Assembly (NCBI GenBank): GCA_965226545.1
Contig: OZ245364.1
Location: 2,600,612 to 2,664,611 of the forward strand
Direction of reading: 5' to 3'
Origin: Candidatus Poriferihabitaceae bacterium
Lineage (GTDB): Bacteria > Pseudomonadota > Gammaproteobacteria > Arenicellales > Poriferihabitantaceae
Length of the DNA: 64,000 nt
Below are positions 1 to 7,432 of the stretch, one piece after another (position 1 is the stretch's first letter; every line of letters begins with the position of its first letter). Under the pieces are notes generated by a model that worked only from the letters and a program-made list of their open reading frames with translations, had not been told where the DNA came from and did not search any database. A program made the position numbers and the translations under genes.

Positions 1-869
1 GCACCGCAGGCGCGCGCGAGTTGTTCGTTTAAGCGAATGAATTGGTCGAGCGGCGGCACCGTCACATTGTGCGGTTTGCGCAGGCGAGTCATGCGCGCGC
101 GGTGGCACATTATTAAATGAGTCGGGCACGCGCCGCGCAACAGTGAAAGCGTTGCGCTGCTGCCCGGATGCAACAGCGAACCCTGCCCTTCGACGATGAC
201 GATGTCGTGCGCGCGCGCAGCCAGCGCCAATTTTTCGACCGCACCGCAGGCGTGGTCGAGACGATAGGCGTCGAGCGCAATGCCGCGTCCGCTAATCGTG
301 ACGCCGATTTGTCCGGTGGCGAGAAATTCGGCGTCGTGTCCGTGCGCGCACAGCCAGCGATGAATTTCCAACGCCGCGGTCATCTTGCCGACGGCCATGT
401 CGGTGCCGACCATCAACACGCGCTTGTTGGTTAACTTCGCGGCGCGCGCCGCGGCGATGCACGGCGTATCCGACACTTGACGCACATCCCAAATCCAACG
501 TCCGGGTTTGCACAATGCGCCGAGTTGTTCATTTAAATTGTCGTGCAGTCCGTTGACGATGGACATGCCCAACTGCAGCGCGCGCGTCAACGGTGCGCGC
601 CATTCGCGCGGCACGCGTCCGCCGGACGGCGCGGTGCCAAGCACCAACACCTCGGCGCCCAACGCCGCGGCTTGTTCGATATCGGCGACCACCGGATACT
701 CAAACGGCAAATCGCAAGTTTGACAAACGCGCCGCCCGGCATGCGCCGAATCGATGACGCAACACACCGGGTTGGATGCATAGCGCATCACGCCGAATCC
801 CATCTTGCCGTACTCGCCGTCCAAACTTTGCTCCATGTAAATCGCCAGCGGTTGATGCGCGCTTAACAC
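1..869 (-). CDS. DUF1611-domain protein (DgcN-like), 3' end beyond window edge
   Basis: Minus-strand frame open to the window edge, so it is absent from the ORF track. My translation from GTG 869 (alt ATG 836) reads (V)LSAHQPLAIYMEQSLDGEYGKMGFGVMRYASNPVCCVIDS...KRVLMVGTDMAVGKMTAALEI...DIVIVEGQGSLLHPGSS. The GTDxxVGK and EGQGS segments are what I recall for DUF1611. It sits next to an enolase-type epimerase, as is usual for this family. Confidence 0.55.
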   Translation of the reverse strand, partial: MLSAHQPLAIYMEQSLDGEYGKMGFGVMRYASNPVCCVIDSAHAGRRVCQTCDLPFEYPVVADIEQAAALGAEVLVLGTAPSGGRVPREWRAPLTRALQLGMSIVNGLHDNLNEQLGALCKPGRWIWDVRQVSDTPCIAAARAAKLTNKRVLMVGTDMAVGKMTAALEIHRWLCAHGHDAEFLATGQIGVTISGRGIALDAYRLDHACGAVEKLALAARAHDIVIVEGQGSLLHPGSSATLSLLRGACPTHLIMCHRARMTRLRKPHNVTVPPLDQFIRLNEQLARACG

Positions 870-1942
870 TGAACAAAACCCGCGCCGTGTCCGGGCTGTT
901 GATTCGGCGTGACGATTCCGTTCACCAATTGCGCGCCGATGCACGGGTCGGGGTTAAGATTGAAATGCGAATCGAGGTCGATGTAATCGATTGCCCCGCC
1001 AAGCGCGGCGGCGGCTGAGATGGCAAGCGACGATTCGCCCATGCAGCCAATCATGGTTTGCAGACGCAATGCGCGCGCCACCGCAATGATGCGCAACGCT
1101 TCGGTGATGCCGCCGCATTTCATTAATTTAAGATTAACGCCATCGACCGCCGCGGCCAATCTCGGCACATCGGCAGCAACGCGACACGACTCATCGATAA
1201 AAATCGGCAACGGTCGGTCGGCAAACAATGCCGGCAATTCGGCTTCATTGCCTTCAGCCAGCGGCTGCTCGATGTATTCGACATCGCGTTCGGCAAGCCA
1301 TTTCATCATCGTGCGCGCTTGCGCGAGATTCCATCCGCCGTTGGCGTCGACGCGCAGGCGCAATGACTCATCGCGCAGGCGGTTGCGCACACATTCGCGC
1401 ACTTGCGCAAGCATCGCTTGGTCGGCGTCGATGCCGTCGGGTGAACCGAGTTTAATTTTAAGCGCGCGGAATTTATCCAACTGCAATTGCGCGATGCGTT
1501 CGCGCACAATATCCGGCGCGCAAATGCCGAGCGTTATTGAAGTCGGCACGCGCGGCGGCGGCATGCCGAGCAATTGATACAACGGCAAGCCGCCCGAGCG
1601 CGCCAATGCATCCCACAAGGCAATATCCAATGCGGCCAGCGCGCAAGGCGGCACTTGCGCATCGCATGCGCGCGCATGCACTTGCATCGGTGAAAGCGTT
1701 TTGGTTTGCGCATCCAACGCCCGCGCCTCATCGTTAAACGCCTCGGCAAACTTGCGCAACGCCGCTTCGCCGACGGCTGCACTTGCCGCGCCTTGCCGCG
1801 CACCCGGCGCCATCTCGCCCCAACCGATTGCGTCGTCGAATGTAACCGAGACAAACAAGTTGTCGGCATCACCGCTTACGCCGCGGCTAATCGCAAGCGG
1901 GATGCGCTTATGCAGACGAAGCGTACGGAAGGCGAGTTGCAT
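863..1942 (-). CDS. Enolase-superfamily dipeptide / N-acyl-amino-acid epimerase (L-Ala-D/L-Glu epimerase or DgcA-like)
   Basis: ORF 863..2149. The homology-consistent start is MQLAFRTLRLHKRIPLAISRG (ATG at 1942). Segments LRVDANGGW, YIEQPL, IFIDES and KLMKCGG fit the MR/MLE-type barrel. The 69 upstream codons only translate the repeat spacer (FELTFTFTFTFIF...). Confidence 0.8.
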   Translation of the reverse strand: MQLAFRTLRLHKRIPLAISRGVSGDADNLFVSVTFDDAIGWGEMAPGARQGAASAAVGEAALRKFAEAFNDEARALDAQTKTLSPMQVHARACDAQVPPCALAALDIALWDALARSGGLPLYQLLGMPPPRVPTSITLGICAPDIVRERIAQLQLDKFRALKIKLGSPDGIDADQAMLAQVRECVRNRLRDESLRLRVDANGGWNLAQARTMMKWLAERDVEYIEQPLAEGNEAELPALFADRPLPIFIDESCRVAADVPRLAAAVDGVNLKLMKCGGITEALRIIAVARALRLQTMIGCMGESSLAISAAAALGGAIDYIDLDSHFNLNPDPCIGAQLVNGIVTPNQQPGHGAGFVQC

Positions 1943-2115
1943 CACAAAACGAATGTCGATATTAATATCAAGATTAATATTAATGTTAATGTTAATGTTA
2001 ATGCAATTAAAAAAAGTAACTGTGAAAGTAACTATAAAAATAAATGTAAAAGTAAAAGTAAAAGTAAGTTCGAAGTGAATGTAAATACAACTACAAAACG
2101 AATTCGAATCAAAAG
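1943..2115. repeat. AT-rich spacer of 6-nt periodic degenerate repeats: (ATTAAT/GTTAAT)n at 1961-2003, (GTAAAA)n at 2046-2067
   Basis: Read directly: attaatatcaagattaatattaatgttaatgttaatgttaatg ... gtaaaagtaaaagtaaaagtaag. Confidence 0.9.
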
Positions 2116-3243
2116 TTACGCACTTGCTTGCGCAGCCGTCACCGCACATAACGCGACAATGTCTTCGACTTGACAGCCGCGCGACAAATCATTCATCGGT
2201 TTTGCCAAGCCCTGCAAAATTGGCCCAATGGCGCGCACCGCACCGAGTCGTTCGGCGATTTTGTAGCCGATGTTCGCGGCTTGCAAATCGGGAAAGATGA
2301 AGATGTTGGCGGGCGCCGGGATATTGTTGTGCGGAGATTTGCGGCGCAAAATTTCCGCATCCACGGCGGCGTCAAACTGCACTTCGCAAAGCACTTCGAG
2401 TTGCGGTCGATGCCGCGCAATGATTGCCCCGGCCTCGCGCACTTTATCAACCAACGGATGATTGGCGCTGCCGGCGGTCGAAAACGACAACAACGCAACG
2501 CGCGGCGCCATCGCCAACAACGCCTTTGCGCTGTCGCCGGTGTCCATCGCGATTTGCGCCAATTGCGCGGCGTCCGGCGCAATCACCATCGCGCAATCGG
2601 CAAACAATGCCGCGCCGCGAATCGCTTGATGCGGCAACTCGTGCTGCATAATAAAAAACGACGAAATCAAGTTTGGCGCCGGCGCCGAATCGGACGGCGA
2701 GTCGGATGACGAGTCGGATGATGAGTCGGACGACGAATCCGATGCGCGTTTGCCGCCGACAATGCGCAAGGCGGCGCGCACGACATCGCCCGTGGTGTGC
2801 GCCGCACCGGCAACGCAACCGTCGGCATCGCCGGCGGCGAGCATGCATGCGCCCAACGTCAACGGCGCGCGGATTTGTTCTTGCGCATCGCGCAGGCTGA
2901 TTGGTTTGCCGCCGTTTTTTTTGTTGGATTGCGCGCGCTGAGTTGCGCGCATATAAATCTCGGCGTGGCGCGCGGCATGCGCATTGTCGTGCGGGTTGAT
3001 GACCGTACACTGCGCCGCGTCCATCGTCGCCTCCATCGACTGACCGGCATCGCGCGCCGCATCGCGCAGGGCGTTTTGCAAAGCGTCGTGCACCGCGCCG
3101 TCACCAAGCACAATAACTTCGGCGATTTGCCGCAACGCGATTTGCGCCGCGGCTTGAACGATGCGCGCATCATCGCCTTCGGGCAACACGATTTTTTTGG
3201 GATGCGCCGCGGCGCGCGCGGTGATTTGGTCGAGCGCGTTCAT
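2116..3243 (-). CDS. pta: Phosphate acetyltransferase (PTA_PTB family) with an internal Ser/Asp low-complexity insertion
   Basis: ORF 2116..3612, start chosen at MNALDQITARAAAHPKKIVLPEGDDARIVQAA (ATG 3243; alt ATG 3273). The C-terminal segment NIFIFPDLQAANIGYKIAERLGAVRAIGPILQGLAKPMNDLSRGC is typical of Pta. It carries the insertion KRASDSSSDSSSDSSSDSPSDSAPAP. Confidence 0.8.
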   Translation of the reverse strand: MNALDQITARAAAHPKKIVLPEGDDARIVQAAAQIALRQIAEVIVLGDGAVHDALQNALRDAARDAGQSMEATMDAAQCTVINPHDNAHAARHAEIYMRATQRAQSNKKNGGKPISLRDAQEQIRAPLTLGACMLAAGDADGCVAGAAHTTGDVVRAALRIVGGKRASDSSSDSSSDSSSDSPSDSAPAPNLISSFFIMQHELPHQAIRGAALFADCAMVIAPDAAQLAQIAMDTGDSAKALLAMAPRVALLSFSTAGSANHPLVDKVREAGAIIARHRPQLEVLCEVQFDAAVDAEILRRKSPHNNIPAPANIFIFPDLQAANIGYKIAERLGAVRAIGPILQGLAKPMNDLSRGCQVEDIVALCAVTAAQASA

Positions 3244-3279
3244 CGGTAAATTATAGCCGCGCGTGACGCGCATTGCGTT

Positions 3280-3293
3280 TTGATTTGCATCAA
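3280..3293. promoter_or_regulatory. FNR/DNR/NnrR-type box TTGAT-N4-ATCAA in the pta-nirK divergent spacer
   Basis: ttgatttgcatcaa is a perfect match to the TTGAT-N4-ATCAA consensus. Its centre lies about 63 nt upstream of the nirK ATG (3350). Confidence 0.6.
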
Positions 3294-3349
3294 GGAAACG
3301 GCGCGGCGGATGCGGCATGTTGAAACACTGTTCACATTTGGAGACTGCA

Positions 3350-4453
3350 ATGAAAACCAAGACGATTGTGTTTCTAATGAGTTGTTTGTTCGCGCCGGCT
3401 GCGTTGGCCGGCGACGGTTGGCAAGGCGCCGAAGTCGGCGTGCATGCCAAGTTGGACGGGCTTAAGCGCGTCAAACAAAAACTGGTTGCGCCGCCGTTTT
3501 TGCCGCAACACGAGCAAACGCGCAGCGGCAAGCCGCGCATTATTGAAGTCGAGATGGTGATTAAGGAAAAGGAAATCGAAGTCGAGCCCGGCGTTTTTAT
3601 GTGGGCGTTCACTTATCAAGACAGCGTGCCGGGGCCGTTGATTGTTGCGCACGAAGGCGATTATGTTGAGTTGACCCTGATTAATCCGTCGACCAATGTG
3701 TTGCCGCACAACATCGATTTTCACGCCGCCACCGGCGCGCTTGGCGGCGGCGGGTTGACGGTGGTGGCGCCCGGTCAACAAACGGTGTTGCGCTGGAAGG
3801 CGATTCGTCCGGGCGTGTTTATTTATCATTGCGCGCCGGGCGGGGCGATGGTGCCGTGGCATGTTGTGCATGGCATGAACGGCGCGATTATGGTGCTGCC
3901 GAAAGGCGGCTTGAAAGATCCCGACGGCAAACCGATACGATACGACCGCGCGTATTACATCGGCGAACAGGATTTTTACATTCCCAAAGACGCGCAAGGC
4001 AAATACAAACGTTATCCGACGCCGGCGGCGTCGCTCAACGACGACTTGCGCGCGATGCGCACGTTGATTCCGACGCATGTTGTGTTCGGTGAAAACACCA
4101 CGGCCTTGGTCGGCGAAAACGCGATGCGCGCCGCCGTCGGCGAAACCGTGTTGTTCATTCATTCGCAAGCCAACCGCCAATCGTATCCGCATCTCATCGG
4201 CGGACACGGCGAATATGTTTGGGAACGCGGCAATCTCGCCGACCCGCCGAGCGCGGATTTGGAGAGTTGGGTAATCGCCGCCGGCTCGGCCGGGGCGTTC
4301 ACTTATCGCTTCTTGCAGCCGGGCACTTATGCGTATTTGTCGCACAACTTGATTGAGGCGTTTTTGTTTGGCGCACTCGCCCACGTAAAAGTTTCCGGCA
4401 AGTGGAACAACGATTTGATGGAACAAGTGGTTGCACCGAGCGCGATTAAATAA
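3350..4453 (+). CDS. nirK: Copper-containing nitrite reductase
   Basis: Signal peptide [20 protein letters not shown]. Copper-ligand contexts [30 protein letters not shown] and SHNLIEA. GGAG lies 8 nt upstream of ATG 3350. Confidence 0.9.
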   Translation: MKTKTIVFLMSCLFAPAALAGDGWQGAEVGVHAKLDGLKRVKQKLVAPPFLPQHEQTRSGKPRIIEVEMVIKEKEIEVEPGVFMWAFTYQDSVPGPLIVAHEGDYVELTLINPSTNVLPHNIDFHAATGALGGGGLTVVAPGQQTVLRWKAIRPGVFIYHCAPGGAMVPWHVVHGMNGAIMVLPKGGLKDPDGKPIRYDRAYYIGEQDFYIPKDAQGKYKRYPTPAASLNDDLRAMRTLIPTHVVFGENTTALVGENAMRAAVGETVLFIHSQANRQSYPHLIGGHGEYVWERGNLADPPSADLESWVIAAGSAGAFTYRFLQPGTYAYLSHNLIEAFLFGALAHVKVSGKWNNDLMEQVVAPSAIK

Positions 4454-4471
4454 TTGCGCGGTTGACTCAAG

Positions 4472-4509
4472 AAATCGCCCGTACGGTCGACGTGCGGGCG
4501 ATTTTTTTG
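4472..4509 (+). terminator. Rho-independent terminator after nirK
   Basis: The arms atcgcccg and cgggcgat form a perfect 8-bp inverted repeat, followed by ttttttt. Confidence 0.7.
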
Positions 4510-4654
4510 TTGCGCGTTATTTGTCGATAATCCTTTATCGATGATGACTTGATGATTGTTTGATGATTGTTTGATGATAATGATTTGATGATTATTATTT
4601 ATCGATGATTGTGATGGTCATGATGACTATTTGCCGATGATGATTTGACGATGA

Positions 4655-5716
4655 TTATTTTGACGCAGCCGAGTTGGCGTCGATGCGCGAGCCGAGCATA
4701 ATCGCCATCCAGCGCGTTTCGCGATTGCTGTCCAAGGCGATTTTTAAGGCGATGGTCAGCGGCACCGACAACAACATCCCGACCGCACCGAGCACCCAAC
4801 CCCATAAAATTAACGAGACAAACACCACCAAGGTCGACAAGCCCAAACCCTTGCCCATCAGACGCGGCTCGAGCAATGCGCCGATGAACAGATTGACCGA
4901 TGCATAAGCCAGCGCGGTTAAGACGCCGGCGCCGACGCCGATTTGCACCAACGCCAACAGCACCACCGGAATCGCGGCGATGACCGAGCCGATGTTGGGG
5001 ATGAAGTTTAACAAGAACGCCGTCACCCCCCACAGCAGCGGATAATCCACGCCAATCAACCACAGCAACAGCGCAATCGTTGCGCCGGTCAACAAACTGG
5101 TGAGGGTTTTAATCGCCATGTAACGATTGACATTGCGCGCCGCATCGCGGAATCGATTGAGCGATTTTTCGGCGCTGCGCGCATCGGCGTGCGCGGCGCG
5201 CCACTTTGCCGGAATCGTCGGCGCTTCCAACAGGATGAACACCACGGTTAATAAAATTAACAAGCCGTTGGCCAACAAGGTTTGCATGCCGGCAAAAATC
5301 GTCCCGGCCAACCCGAGCAGTCGCGCCGGGTCGGCGTATTCACCGAGCAATTCACCCGGCAACGGCAAGCCGAATCGCGCGAGATGCGCCACCGCGGTTG
5401 CGCTCATCTCTTCGAGACGCGCCTGATACAACGGAAATCGCGCGACAAATTCCTGCGCCGATGAACCGATTAACGAACCGACCAACGCCACCGCCGCGCA
5501 AAACACCGACAACACGCCGAGCAATGCAAGCGGACGCGGCATGCCTTTCGCCTGCAGCCAAGCGTACGGCGAGGCGACTAAGATTGAGATAAACAACGCA
5601 AGCAACATCGACACCAACAACGGCGCGGCGATTTTCATTCCGCCGACGACAATCACAAATGCGGCCAGCGAAGTTAAGATGCGCGCCGGATGCGGTTGGT
5701 TTGACGGCGTTTTCAT
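4655..5716 (-). CDS. AI-2E family transporter (PerM/UPF0118)
   Basis: 353 aa polytopic membrane protein of the size and multi-TM layout I associate with the AI-2E family. Its start overlaps the stop of the upstream gene by 4 nt. Confidence 0.65.
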   Translation of the reverse strand: MKTPSNQPHPARILTSLAAFVIVVGGMKIAAPLLVSMLLALFISILVASPYAWLQAKGMPRPLALLGVLSVFCAAVALVGSLIGSSAQEFVARFPLYQARLEEMSATAVAHLARFGLPLPGELLGEYADPARLLGLAGTIFAGMQTLLANGLLILLTVVFILLEAPTIPAKWRAAHADARSAEKSLNRFRDAARNVNRYMAIKTLTSLLTGATIALLLWLIGVDYPLLWGVTAFLLNFIPNIGSVIAAIPVVLLALVQIGVGAGVLTALAYASVNLFIGALLEPRLMGKGLGLSTLVVFVSLILWGWVLGAVGMLLSVPLTIALKIALDSNRETRWMAIMLGSRIDANSAASK

Positions 5717-7266
5717 TGCACCGCTTCGATGCGCACCGCCTGCGCGGTCGCCGTCACTACATCGTCGGGGTTGACGCTGAAGGGGATGCGGTGGGTGGCG
5801 CGCGGTGCGAGGCGTTGGATGTTTTGTTGGCTGCGATGCGGCTTGCCGTTGATGACCGTTTCAATCGTCAGCGTGATGTTGCGCAGGGTGTAATCAGTCG
5901 AGTTTTGCGCGTGCACGATGAGTTGATTATCAAAGCGCTCAATTTGCACGCGCACATACCGATGCGGCGCGTCGATTAAATCCAGTTTAACAAACGCCTG
6001 TTGCGCCGATTCGCCAATCGCGCCGCCGCCGGCGCGCGCGCGGTCAAACAATTGTTTGGCATTGTCGCGTTCGCCGTTTTGTTGCGCCAACTCGGCCAGC
6101 AGATAAGTCGCCTGCGCGGTCGGCAGCAATGCATTGCTGTTTTCCAAATCGCGCCGCGCCGCGGTGGTGCGACCGAGTTGTTTGCGCGCCGCGCCGCGTC
6201 CGAGGAAATGTTCGTAATAGCCCGGCGCGCCGGCCAGCGCAATCGCGCGGTCATAGGCGCGCACCGCATCGCGCGCGCGTTGTTGATGCATCAACGCATG
6301 CCCGCGAATGCCGTGAAACATCGGCTCGCCGTCGGCACTGCGAATCGCCGCATCGATTTCGCCAAGCGCGGCGCGCGAATCTTTGGCGAGCAATTGCCGC
6401 GCGCGCGCGGCTTGCGCATACGCCGATTGGGTGTCGCGCAGATGCGCGGTCGCGCGCAGATAACGCGCCGCGCCCAATTCGCCGCCCGGCGGAAAATCGG
6501 CCAACGCTTCGCGATTGCGCTTGACGCGTTCGGTCGATGGCGGATGACTGGCGAACAATCCGTCGAGCCAATCGCGCTTTTGGTCTTTGGAAAACGCGAC
6601 GAATTTTTCCTGCAAGGTAACCGCCGCGCGCGCGTCGTAGCCGGCCGCATGCATGTATTTCATCCCGTAATAATCCGCATCCAGTTCGGCGCTGCGGCTG
6701 TATTTTTTACCGACCAAACCGAGCGCGACATTGGCGCCGCCGATGGCGTATTGCGCATCGGATGAATCTTGCGCGGCGATGGCGACGCTGTTTTCAATCG
6801 CCGAGAACAACACGCCGCGTTGCCAGGCATGCGCGCCGTGCCGCGCCGCGGCATGCACGATTTCATGGGCGACGACCGCGGCCAATTCGGCTTCGTTTTC
6901 CAACGCAATCAACAAGCCGCGATTGAGCGCAATTTTGCCGCCGGGCAACGCCCAGGCATTCGGCGTACCGTCGTCCAACACGACAAATTCATACGGCAAT
7001 TTTCGGTCGCTGACCGCGCTTAAACGTTGCCCGATTGTGTTTACATATTCGCTGAGTTCACGGTCGACGGTGTATTGCCCGCCGCCGGTTTGTTGCGCGG
7101 TTAAATAATTATCGATGCCCAAGTCGATTTCGGCGGAAGTCGACAACAACACGATTTCCTTTTTGCCGGTAACCGGATTGGTCGCACAACCGCCGAGCAA
7201 CAACAACGCCGCACCACACGACAACCAACGCCGCCACGGCGCATTGCATATCGAAGACGTTTGCAT
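5713..7266 (-). CDS. M48-family zinc metalloprotease lipoprotein with TPR-like and C-terminal beta domains
   Basis: Lipobox LLLLGGCATNP, the HExxH motif in VVAHEIVHAAARH, and a downstream Ala/Arg-rich TPR-like region. Confidence 0.75.
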   Translation of the reverse strand: MQTSSICNAPWRRWLSCGAALLLLGGCATNPVTGKKEIVLLSTSAEIDLGIDNYLTAQQTGGGQYTVDRELSEYVNTIGQRLSAVSDRKLPYEFVVLDDGTPNAWALPGGKIALNRGLLIALENEAELAAVVAHEIVHAAARHGAHAWQRGVLFSAIENSVAIAAQDSSDAQYAIGGANVALGLVGKKYSRSAELDADYYGMKYMHAAGYDARAAVTLQEKFVAFSKDQKRDWLDGLFASHPPSTERVKRNREALADFPPGGELGAARYLRATAHLRDTQSAYAQAARARQLLAKDSRAALGEIDAAIRSADGEPMFHGIRGHALMHQQRARDAVRAYDRAIALAGAPGYYEHFLGRGAARKQLGRTTAARRDLENSNALLPTAQATYLLAELAQQNGERDNAKQLFDRARAGGGAIGESAQQAFVKLDLIDAPHRYVRVQIERFDNQLIVHAQNSTDYTLRNITLTIETVINGKPHRSQQNIQRLAPRATHRIPFSVNPDDVVTATAQAVRIEAVQ

Positions 7267-7432
7267 CGTTATCTCTTGGTCGCGCGGCGATTGCGATTAA
7301 GGGTTAAGGTTGCGACGGCGTGATTGCATTGCATCGCGCGATGCCGATTACTCGATGCAATTGGCGCGAAACCAATTACTCGATGCAATTGCGCGATGCA
7401 ATGCATATTAACGACGCCGATGCGCGCAAAGA

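Noticed and set aside
1943-2149. N-terminal extensions and stand-alone ORFs that translate the repeat spacers, for example the first 69 codons of ORF 863..2149, and ORFs 34675..35073, 34764..34946, 44039..44281, 44085..44336, 58357..58662, 58394..58681 and 45003..45275.
   Set aside because: Their sequences are pure repeat translations (FTFTFTF, VNVNVN, DDNVDDNVDD). These repeats are stop-free in several frames, and homology-supported starts lie outside them.
3374-4426. A 350-aa minus-strand ORF opposite nirK, along with similar long antisense or off-frame ORFs such as 6001..6765, 7727..8497, 8504..9241, 10837..11760, 22738..23637, 22878..24014, 25288..26235, 29680..30369, 31163..31960, 39341..40054 and 41544..42200.
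   Set aside because: They have Arg/Ala/Gly/His-rich, low-complexity composition typical of shadow frames in high-GC DNA. Each lies fully inside a gene with clear family signatures on the other strand or in another frame.
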